Origin: Methanothermobacter thermautotrophicus str. Delta H
GTDB lineage: Archaea > Methanobacteriota > Methanobacteria > Methanobacteriales > Methanothermobacteraceae
Assembly (NCBI RefSeq): GCF_000008645.1
Contig: NC_000916.1
Location: 810,001 to 842,000, forward strand
Direction of reading: 5' to 3'
DNA length: 32,000 nucleotides
The position numbers and the translations under genes are program-made. This document shows, one piece after another, positions 18,774 to 26,586 of this stretch. How positions within the stretch are numbered: the stretch's first letter is position 1; the number at the start of each line of letters is the position of its first letter. Below the pieces are notes generated by a model. The model worked only from the letters and a program-made list of their open reading frames with translations. It was not told the origin of the DNA and made no database searches.

Positions 18774-20249
18774 TCATTGTGGAGGGTCAAGGACCCGTAT
18801 ACTCTCATCCTCAAAGATCAAAAATTCTTCCCGGTTCCTTGTGTGTATCGGGTATATTGACTCTGGCTCAATATCCCGTATCATCCCCAGCAGGTCTGAG
18901 CGCCCTGCATGGCCAGACGAATGGAACCTTCTGTACTGGTATATGCCGAAGTGCCTGAGCCAGTTACTCTCACGCTCTGCATCAATCTCCATCTCCTCAT
19001 TGAAGGGTTCCGTCTTGGATTTGATGTAGGCTGCCCCCTCCGGTTTTATGTCTATGAACTCCTTGAATTCAAAGTAATCGCACTGGAAGAGGTACTCCTC
19101 AGGTTCCTCCCGGAGGTCCCTGCAGGTTATGGTGTTGTCAAGTTCAAGGAACGCCCGCTCCCATCCCCTGTAGTCCTGTTCCATGTATTCCTCTGGAAGG
19201 TCAGCTGCAGGTATCCATTCCCCATCAAAGCATACGAAGGCGTCCTCAGCTATCAGTCCCCAGTTCCGCCGTGGTATGTAGACCGCCAGGTCCCTTAGCC
19301 AGGGGTAACCCAGACCCTCGAAGAGTTTAATGATGTAGGCCTGTTTCAAGCTGACTGCGAGGGTCCTATCCGAGTTCTCGGCGGCTCTGTAGAATGTCAG
19401 GAAACGGTCCAGGTCCCTTATGGGGTAATTGATGATCACAAGTCCCCTGTGATTAACAGCTATGTCTGAGGTCCTCCTCTCAATGTCCTCCTCAAAGGTG
19501 CTGTTATCCTGATCTATCCGCGTCCCCTCTGTTATCATAACGGTGGGGGAGAACTTCCTTGCCTTCTTAACGAATTTACGGGATTCCTGATCTCTCCGGC
19601 CCCTGAACCTGATATCGCCTGTGTATACGATGGCCTCCTCGGATTCTATCAGATAGGCGCATGATCCTGGCACTGAATGATCAACAGGTGCCTGTGTGAT
19701 TTCAAATTCGCCCAGATCCTCAGCTTTATAGGGTTCAAGCAATTTTATGGGTCTTTCTATTTTGATATTCTTGTCTCTCATGTGTGAGGTGTTTCCAGTT
19801 TTTCTTTTCTTTTCTTTGAAGTGGAATTTGGGTTTGTAGTGAAGGAGATCTGAACTCAATGTGGATGTATCCTCTATGGCCTTCAGGATGAGGAAACTCT
19901 CCTCTGTCATGTAGAAGGGTATATCGTGGCGGATGTACTTGAGACATCCTGCATGGTCCAGGTGGGGGTGACTCAGAAGTATGCCTGATACTGCAGGCTC
20001 ATCCTCGAATCTCATTCCGAGGTACCTTACCTGGTCCTCACGGTAAAGTCCGGGTATCCATGGGAGGGCCTCGAGTTCAATGAGATCTGCGATCCCGCTG
20101 AAGCTCCTGGGCTGCAGGAATTCATCAAAGTACAGGTTTTCAATATTGAATCTTTTGCCAAAGTCAAGGAATATACCATCGCCATTGCAGGATACCTCTA
20201 TCCTGTTACCGCCTATCTCATCAACTCCACCATAGAACCTGAAGTCCAT
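18774..20249 (-). CDS. Metallo-beta-lactamase / beta-CASP ribonuclease-like protein (divergent RNase J-like)
   Basis: MDFRFYGGVDEIGGNRIEVSC, LLSHPHLDHAG, DHSVPGSCAYLIE, IVYTGDIRFRG, HSSGHAGRSDLLGM, IYPIHTRN. ATG 20249 follows GGGTGATT; the track extends to 20339. Confidence 0.8.
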   Translation of the reverse strand: MDFRFYGGVDEIGGNRIEVSCNGDGIFLDFGKRFNIENLYFDEFLQPRSFSGIADLIELEALPWIPGLYREDQVRYLGMRFEDEPAVSGILLSHPHLDHAGCLKYIRHDIPFYMTEESFLILKAIEDTSTLSSDLLHYKPKFHFKEKKRKTGNTSHMRDKNIKIERPIKLLEPYKAEDLGEFEITQAPVDHSVPGSCAYLIESEEAIVYTGDIRFRGRRDQESRKFVKKARKFSPTVMITEGTRIDQDNSTFEEDIERRTSDIAVNHRGLVIINYPIRDLDRFLTFYRAAENSDRTLAVSLKQAYIIKLFEGLGYPWLRDLAVYIPRRNWGLIAEDAFVCFDGEWIPAADLPEEYMEQDYRGWERAFLELDNTITCRDLREEPEEYLFQCDYFEFKEFIDIKPEGAAYIKSKTEPFNEEMEIDAERESNWLRHFGIYQYRRFHSSGHAGRSDLLGMIRDIEPESIYPIHTRNREEFLIFEDESIRVLDPPQ

Positions 20250-20579
20250 ATAATCACCCGGGGTCAGTATGTGAGGAGTGCCAGGAGAATCAATAAGCCC
20301 ACCATGCAGAGCATGCACCCAGCGACTCCACCACAGCAATCATCATCCATTCAATCACCTTTATGAGTACCCTACCCCATACCATCAGAGAGACGGCAGA
20401 GGCGAGTCCAGATTAAACCCTGATGGTTCAATAATATTAATTAATATTAAGCATATTTTATAAATATTTTGCTCATTGGGTTTACATTTAAATGGTTTTA
20501 TAGATCATGGCTATGAGGGCGCCACTGACTGAACTTCGATTTTTTTTATGCTCGAATATGCTGTAAAGCCTTTCATCTA

Positions 20580-20845
20580 TAAAAGGTCTCATCAGAAGGC
20601 CCCTGCTTGACCTGCGGGCGACTTCATGGGCTGGCGGTTAACAGCCTCGATGACCCCACCGGAGCTGAAACTCTTAGCATCTGGAGTGTGAGCTGGACCT
20701 ATTTTCTCAGAGTAACTGGACCTGCTGCGATCAGAATGAATGCTGCCAGGGTCCCATAATAGCTGCAGGCCAGTTTTCTGCATTGGCCCCTTTTTTAAGG
20801 AAGAGAGGATCAATCACTGCACATCATCCTGTGAATTAATTTTTA
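20580..20845 (-). other. Candidate noncoding transcript or decayed element (contains hypothetical 73-aa ORF 20592-20813)
   Basis: G+C-richer block in an otherwise AT-rich gap with no recognised protein. Preceded on the minus strand by the perfect palindrome 20848-20871 abutting TATAAAAATT. Confidence 0.25.
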
Positions 20846-20847
20846 TA

Positions 20848-20871
20848 TTCGTAATAGTGACCTATTACGAA
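20848..20871. promoter_or_regulatory. Perfect inverted repeat, putative operator or hairpin
   Basis: TTCGTAATAG-TGAC-CTATTACGAA, 10-bp arms with a 4-nt spacer. Confidence 0.55.
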
Positions 20872-20962
20872 GGTAGCTGTAGGTCCACACGGACATAAGA
20901 CCCTGAAAATTAAAACTGACATCTGCATCATTCAGTTCATAAAAAAAGAAATAGGTGATGGA

Positions 20963-22264
20963 TTATTTGCCCGGTTGCCATATTGCCTCGTTGGATCTGC
21001 CGGCCCTTCTCCTAAAGAGGTACATGCCCAGACCCCCGACAGCCAGAATAATTGCCGCATACACAGGTATAAACCAGCTTGATGATGCACTGCCGGGATG
21101 CTCTGCTGGATTTACTGGTGATGATGTTCCCTGACCGGTAACCTCTTCGACCACAGCACTGGAGTCATCAGATCTTATTCTTTTCATGATCCACGAAATC
21201 ACTGAAGCTTTTCCTGCTGTCACTGATCCATAGGAAACTTCTGGTGTGTTCTGAGCCTGGTTTTCTGGAACACTTATACTGCCTACCTGATGGGCATTTC
21301 CTGCAAGATCAACAGCATAGTAATAGACTGTCTTTACATGCTTACCCAGTTTGACAGGTGCACTGTAAACATTCCATGTTCTGCCATCAAAGGAATAAAA
21401 GATCGTCCCCTCCTCATTGATATCCATGTACAGTGTGGAGTCATCTACTCGCACATTTAAAGATGGTGCTGTAACATCTTCAAAGTCCTTAATATAGCTC
21501 ACTGGATCACTGGCAGCAATTAATGACCTGAACTCTCCTGATGTCAGAGTTACTGATTTTGCAATGGAATAAGCAGACGTCACTGTACCATAGAGTTCTT
21601 TACCAGGGAATGCCTGTGTAATGTACCAGAGAGCCCAGTACATTGTTTTGTAGTAACTGTTAGATGCTGGCTGTATGGCGTTGACTGCATCTTTATTGTA
21701 GGATACAAGTATGGCCTTTCCCGTGTTCTTAACAGGATCCCACCTTATGGCAATACCAACTGCACTGGCATCTGATGCTGTTCTGGTTCCTGTCGTGAAA
21801 TAGTTACCTCTCGCTGCTGAGAGTCCCAGGACCTCCATGAGCACCTGTTCCTTACAGTGAGCAGGCACACCGATGTATGCATAGTACTGTCCATCTGATA
21901 GAGGAAGCCATGATCGGATTATGTTGGCAAGCACGTATCCCTGCGCCAGACCGGACCCTGGACATCCACCCCCGGTGGCAGCCAGAGCGAACTCGTAGGG
22001 CATAGCATAAGCCCACTGGTTCGCCAGACTCACAATATAGTAGTCCTGCTGTGCGTACTGGGGAATGCTGTATCCATAGGTTGACGCGACTGCGAGGGAT
22101 TTCTGATAGCCTTCGGTTCCCGTAGCACCGGCAAGGTTTACAGCGCTGATATCAAACACATTGAACTGTGTCCCTCCATATGTGACCGGTCTTATGGCTC
22201 CATTACCATCAACAAAAACCGCGTGGAGTGGACCTGTCGTTTCGTCTGGTTTTTTAACGAACAC
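20963..22264 (-). CDS. C-terminal half of a surface protein: FmdE-like segment plus C-terminal TM anchor
   Basis: GGGCPGSGLAQGYVLANIIRSWLPL...GVPAHCKEQVLMEVLGLSAARGNYFTTG is FmdE-like. C-terminus SSSWFIPVYAAIILAVGGLGMYLFRRR. No signal peptide. Same frame as the ORF ending at 22280. Confidence 0.7.
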   Translation of the reverse strand: MFVKKPDETTGPLHAVFVDGNGAIRPVTYGGTQFNVFDISAVNLAGATGTEGYQKSLAVASTYGYSIPQYAQQDYYIVSLANQWAYAMPYEFALAATGGGCPGSGLAQGYVLANIIRSWLPLSDGQYYAYIGVPAHCKEQVLMEVLGLSAARGNYFTTGTRTASDASAVGIAIRWDPVKNTGKAILVSYNKDAVNAIQPASNSYYKTMYWALWYITQAFPGKELYGTVTSAYSIAKSVTLTSGEFRSLIAASDPVSYIKDFEDVTAPSLNVRVDDSTLYMDINEEGTIFYSFDGRTWNVYSAPVKLGKHVKTVYYYAVDLAGNAHQVGSISVPENQAQNTPEVSYGSVTAGKASVISWIMKRIRSDDSSAVVEEVTGQGTSSPVNPAEHPGSASSSWFIPVYAAIILAVGGLGMYLFRRRAGRSNEAIWQPGK

Positions 22265-22279
22265 GTACCAGAGAGGTGT

Positions 22280-23545
22280 CTACGTACCTCTTTTGAGGGA
22301 GTATATGTTTTTAAATTTTATGCCTGTTGCTGATATTATACCATCAATGGCGCCAGCAGAGATTCCCTGTGTCTCTGAGTAACCTGCAGATGTTATTAGA
22401 AGATCATCACTGTCAAGCGGTTCAAAACCAGCAGCTTGAAGGGCTCTATTGGCTACCATGACAGCATTAATACCACTGGCATACATTGCGCTGTACTCCT
22501 CACGTGGGATGACACTGACTGTGCTTGTCCACTCAATTGGAGTTACCGGGATGGATGAAATGTATTCGCTGTCAATTCCAGTATCCCATAGTGTTTTAAA
22601 GGTCTGATAGTCGATATTTGTTGCTTTAAGTACCTTGTAGAGTGCTGATGGATTAGTTGCGAGCATTCCTATACACTGAGCATTCTTTATAAGTCCCTGA
22701 AGTGTCTCCCCACCATTATATGTCATATCTGAGAGGGTCCAGTAAAACATCACACCTGTCCTTGAGAGAGAATCCCATCTTATGTAAATGTTCTCATGGG
22801 AATCATCCGTGTATGCTGATTTGAAGTTATAAAATGTGTCTGAACCTACTGTAACCCACTTCAAAGGCGTTGAATCCATGAAAAACATTGGCACGTCATC
22901 ATCACCACCCCCAGTGGAGACTATCACATGATATGATGTTGCATTTGAAGTTAGTGGATAGTTGGCCAGGAACTGTTTTGAAGCGGAGTATGCCCCTATA
23001 AGACCAGGGCTAACGTTTCCAGTCCACGCAGCCACCTTTAAAAGATCACTGGGTGCGCCAGCATTCCATGCACTCAGCAGGCTCAGCACATCATAACCCA
23101 GATTCGCCTTTGCCTGCTGGAACTGGTTTTCAGTCATGTCAAGACCTATGTATACTACGGGTGTTTTTAGCACTGCCCCTGACTGAAGAACTGTGTATTT
23201 CCTTGCATAATATCCCTTGCTGTTTTTCACGGCAAATGTGAAGGTTGGGTCATGGTCCGGCTGGTTCATCTGAAAAATCTTTGAATATTTTATAGGAACT
23301 GTTTCCATCACGGTCTGTATCGCGTCTTCTGTTGTGGTGTTGGAATACCTTGCTGAACCGGCATTTGTTATAAGGATCATATCATCTGCGTTTGATATGT
23401 TCAGGGAAGTCTCCGCGTCATTTGAGATGTGGTGTGTAATATCTTCCAGTGGTGTCGCTGAGCTGATACCGGTAAAAAGAAACACCGTTAGCACTGGGAT
23501 CACTAGAGTCAGAAGTTTGTTTTTCATTTCAATTTTCACCTCCAT
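22280..23545 (-). CDS. N-terminal half of the same surface protein: signal peptide plus degenerate FmdE-like segment, ends at in-frame TAG
   Basis: MKNKLLTLVIPVLTVFLFTGISSA signal; GNVSPGLIGAYSASKQFLANYP ... VIVSTGGGDDDVPMFFMDSTPLKW. Stop TAG at 22282-22280 (minus strand). Confidence 0.7.
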   Translation of the reverse strand: MEVKIEMKNKLLTLVIPVLTVFLFTGISSATPLEDITHHISNDAETSLNISNADDMILITNAGSARYSNTTTEDAIQTVMETVPIKYSKIFQMNQPDHDPTFTFAVKNSKGYYARKYTVLQSGAVLKTPVVYIGLDMTENQFQQAKANLGYDVLSLLSAWNAGAPSDLLKVAAWTGNVSPGLIGAYSASKQFLANYPLTSNATSYHVIVSTGGGDDDVPMFFMDSTPLKWVTVGSDTFYNFKSAYTDDSHENIYIRWDSLSRTGVMFYWTLSDMTYNGGETLQGLIKNAQCIGMLATNPSALYKVLKATNIDYQTFKTLWDTGIDSEYISSIPVTPIEWTSTVSVIPREEYSAMYASGINAVMVANRALQAAGFEPLDSDDLLITSAGYSETQGISAGAIDGIISATGIKFKNIYSLKRGT

Positions 23546-23676
23546 TTAAATCATAAATATCGAGTTACATTTTTATGTAATTCGTATATAAATAGGTATG
23601 TGAATCCACAGAACTGCAGTACTCTGCCGAGGAGAAAGATCAGTTTTAAAAGAATAACTGGGTGTGAAATGCAGAT

Positions 23677-24300
23677 ATGATGATTCATGGATTTAAAAGA
23701 CTTGAAAGTAAGAGAAACCATGTATACTTAATCCAATCAGGTACAGAAAGTTTCATAGTCAAAGTACACAAAACCAGCGAAAAATCTTACCTCGAATCAG
23801 AAAATGTGAAACTACTGAGGGATAAAGGAGTCAGAGTGCCTAGAATACTTGGTGTCTCCGAAAATATCCTGATTGAGGAGTTCATCGAGGGAAAAACCAT
23901 CGGAGAACTGATATCTAGGGCAGACACAAAATGGGCAGAAAGCCTTGGAAAGTGGTTCTCAGAAATTCACAGTATAAAAAAACAGTCCAAGACCCTTTTA
24001 AAGGGTGACTGCAATCTTAAAAACTTCATATTCACAGAAAAAGAGATTTTTGGGCTTGATTTTGAATATATGTACTATGGGAATCCTTATAATGATCTTG
24101 GAAAACTATGCTTCTTCATAATGGATAGTAACTCACAGATGTCCATGAATGACAAAAAACACCTTATAAAAAGGTTTCTGAGTGCCTATGAAGATCACTC
24201 AAAAACTGTTGTAAATCCAAAAATTGTGGCTGAATACATGGAAATCGAGAAGAAACGGGCCCTGATAAGAAGGGAACGTCATACTCCTAAATGGTTATAA
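23677..24300 (+). CDS. Small protein-kinase/aminoglycoside-phosphotransferase-fold protein
   Basis: IVKVHK, ILIEEFIEGKTIGEL, LLKGDCNLKNFIF catalytic loop, FGLDFEYMYYGNPYNDLGKL metal-binding motif. Confidence 0.7.
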   Translation: MMIHGFKRLESKRNHVYLIQSGTESFIVKVHKTSEKSYLESENVKLLRDKGVRVPRILGVSENILIEEFIEGKTIGELISRADTKWAESLGKWFSEIHSIKKQSKTLLKGDCNLKNFIFTEKEIFGLDFEYMYYGNPYNDLGKLCFFIMDSNSQMSMNDKKHLIKRFLSAYEDHSKTVVNPKIVAEYMEIEKKRALIRRERHTPKWL

Positions 24301-24329
24301 TTTGAATAATCGAGCCAGGAGGGATAATT

Positions 24330-24746
24330 CTGAGTAAAAAAACTTTCCTAACCGAAAGACAGAAAACCGTTCTTGAAATGAGGGAGAGGGGATGGTCCCA
24401 GAAGAAGATTGCAAGGGAATTGAAGACCACAAGACAGAACGTGTCAGCAATAGAAAGAAAGGCCATGGAGAACATAGAGAAATCCCGGAACACTCTAGAT
24501 TTTGTTAAATCCCTAAAATCACCTGTAAGAATACTTTGCAGACGCGGGGATACCCTTGATGAAATTATAAAGAGATTATTGGAAGAATCAAATAAAGAGG
24601 GCATACATGTAATACATGACTCAATTACACTCGCATTTCTGATAAGGGAAAAGGCCAGCCACAGGATCGTTCACAGGGTTGTTAAAAGCGATTTTGAGAT
24701 AGGAGTGACAAGGGACGGAGAAATTATCGTCGATCTAAATTCCTAG
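24330..24746 (+). CDS. tfx: Tfx-family DNA-binding regulator
   Basis: Extended N-terminus (L/M)SKKTFLTERQKTVLEMRERGWSQKKIARELKTTRQNVSAIERKAMENIEKSRNTLDF. GGAGGG is spaced 6 nt from CTG 24330. The track starts at internal ATG 24378. Adjacent to the fmd operon, as expected. Confidence 0.88.
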   Translation: MSKKTFLTERQKTVLEMRERGWSQKKIARELKTTRQNVSAIERKAMENIEKSRNTLDFVKSLKSPVRILCRRGDTLDEIIKRLLEESNKEGIHVIHDSITLAFLIREKASHRIVHRVVKSDFEIGVTRDGEIIVDLNS

Positions 24747-24762
24747 AATCTATAAAAAAATT

Positions 24763-24769
24763 TTTATAG
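24763..24769 (+). promoter_or_regulatory. Putative TATA box of fmdECB operon
   Basis: AAAAAAATTTTTATAGTACC, about 25-30 nt upstream of the expected start site and 55-60 nt upstream of GTG 24824. Confidence 0.5.
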
Positions 24770-24789
24770 TACCTTCCATATACAACGAG

Positions 24790-24805
24790 ATGCAGATATA
24801 TGCAT
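24790..24805. promoter_or_regulatory. Inverted repeat downstream of fmd promoter, candidate Tfx site
   Basis: ATGCA-GATATA-TGCAT lies between the TATA-like element and the fmdE start. Confidence 0.4.
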
Positions 24806-24823
24806 ATCGTGTGGTGATCAAAG

Positions 24824-25366
24824 GTGGGGCAGGTCAGAGAATACCTTGATTTAATAAAAAATTTCAGTGGGTTCGCAAGCCCGGGCAGTGTCATAGGAGC
24901 TCATATGTTACTAATAGCCCGGAAGGTCCTTGATTTTGAAGTCGATGAAGAAATTTATGTTACATGTGAAACGACAAACTGTTTACCCGACGCATTCCAG
25001 GCCATATGCAAATCAACAATAGGAAATGGGAGACTGAATATCCTGGACACTGGAAAAATGGCTGTCATCATCAACAGAAAGGGTATGCCTGGAGAAACAG
25101 TCCAGGCTCTTAGAATAATACTGGATCCTGAAAAGACCGTCAATTACCCGATCATACATGAATGGTACATGAACACCCGCAAGGTATCCGCAGAAGAAGT
25201 GAATCCAGAACTCATAAGAGCCGGTGAGAATCTATATTCCTGGTATTTTGTTGATGTGATCGTCCCGGAAAAAGAAAAGAAGATAATTGAAATCTGTAAT
25301 CTTTGCAACGAACCTTTCATAAAAAGAAACGAGCTGGATCTCTGTCCAGCTTGTCTGAAAAGATAA
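24824..25366 (+). CDS. fmdE: FmdE
   Basis: ASPGSVIGAHMLLIARKVL, TCETTNCLPDAFQAICKSTIGNGRL, C-terminal zinc ribbon CNLCNEPFIKRNELDLCPACLKR. GTG start with GGTGAT SD; first gene of fmdECB. Confidence 0.9.
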   Translation: MGQVREYLDLIKNFSGFASPGSVIGAHMLLIARKVLDFEVDEEIYVTCETTNCLPDAFQAICKSTIGNGRLNILDTGKMAVIINRKGMPGETVQALRIILDPEKTVNYPIIHEWYMNTRKVSAEEVNPELIRAGENLYSWYFVDVIVPEKEKKIIEICNLCNEPFIKRNELDLCPACLKR

Positions 25367-25383
25367 ACATGAGGTGAAAAAAT

Positions 25384-26586
25384 ATGGGATTTGTGTTGGT
25401 ACCAAAATCAGATTTCCAGATACCTCTGGAAGCAGATACCATAAGACCCGATCTGTTTGAAGGGCTGGATCTTGATGAAATTCGTTCCCTTCAGGTATAC
25501 GAAGGGAACATCAAAAGACCCCTAGGCGAATTTTTTGAGATAGCGGAGACACCCCATGCAGATCAGTTAATACGGATCGATGGTGATGTCAGCAGGGTGA
25601 AGTATATCGGTTCAGGGATGAAATCCGGAAAAATCATCATAAACGGCGATGTTGGACTCCAGCTTGGCTGTGAAATGAAAGGCGGTGAAATAGAGGTAAA
25701 TGGAAATGTTTCTTCATGGATCGGCATGGAAATGCATGGTGGCACCATAAAAATTAATGGAAACGCGGGGGATTATGTTGGCTGCGCATATAGGGGAGAG
25801 TGGCGTGGCATGAAAGGAGGTAAAATCATTATACAGGGTAATGCAGGGAACAATATTGGGGGTGGTATGATGGCCGGAGAAATTTATATAGGTGGAGATG
25901 CAGGTAATTTCTGCGGCATCCGAATGAATGGGGGTGAAATAACAGTACGCGGGGATGCTGGAAGGGCCCCCGGGGCAGAGATGGTATCAGGTATCATCAA
26001 AATTCATGGCCGAATCTCCTCTCTCCTCCCGGGATTCAAGGAGATCTCAACATTCAAAGAAGATGGATCCCTTATGATCCTATTCAAAGGAGATCTATCC
26101 GAAAAAAATCCGGAGGGTAATCTATACATCAATTATAATAAGAACCTTCACATTCTAGAGAATGAGACCGATGAAGGGAGAGTCATCACAAAAAAGGGAA
26201 TTAAAGTAATCTACAACAGTGGAAGTACAATACGTGAAGGTCAGATAATAAAGGGAGGCAATAAACTCACAGATGATTATATAGATGAATGTGCACGCTG
26301 CTGTATTAGTCCTGAAGACTATAAGCTCCTAGGTGAACCCGAAAATGTTGTAGTATCCTCACATGGAAATGAAGTTGTTCTGAGAGCTGTTGAGGACCCT
26401 GGAATCCAGATGGGAACAATATTCATACCCAGAGGTATATGGGCCAATGTGCTAACGCCACCGTATACCGAGTCAACCGGTTCCCCAATGTATAAAGGAG
26501 TGCCGGTTTATCTTAGAAAGGCTTCACAAGGTGAAAGGATCCTGAGTGCCGAGGAACTTGTAGAGGAATACGGGGTGGGAAAATGA
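25384..26586 (+). CDS. fmdC: Molybdenum formylmethanofuran dehydrogenase subunit C (C-D fusion)
   Basis: Repeated GG.I.I.G..G..G motifs (GLQLGCEMKGG, GDAGNFCGIRMNGG), then a molybdopterin-dinucleotide-binding-like C-terminus (SSHGNEVVLRA...FIPRGIWANVLTPPYTESTGSPMYKGVPV). Confidence 0.92.
   Translation: MGFVLVPKSDFQIPLEADTIRPDLFEGLDLDEIRSLQVYEGNIKRPLGEFFEIAETPHADQLIRIDGDVSRVKYIGSGMKSGKIIINGDVGLQLGCEMKGGEIEVNGNVSSWIGMEMHGGTIKINGNAGDYVGCAYRGEWRGMKGGKIIIQGNAGNNIGGGMMAGEIYIGGDAGNFCGIRMNGGEITVRGDAGRAPGAEMVSGIIKIHGRISSLLPGFKEISTFKEDGSLMILFKGDLSEKNPEGNLYINYNKNLHILENETDEGRVITKKGIKVIYNSGSTIREGQIIKGGNKLTDDYIDECARCCISPEDYKLLGEPENVVVSSHGNEVVLRAVEDPGIQMGTIFIPRGIWANVLTPPYTESTGSPMYKGVPVYLRKASQGERILSAEELVEEYGVGK

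Noticed and set aside
22280-22282. TAG interpreted as pyrrolysine.
   Set aside because: No pylS, pylT or pylBCD in the window and the lineage is not known to encode pyrrolysine; kept only as something to exclude experimentally.
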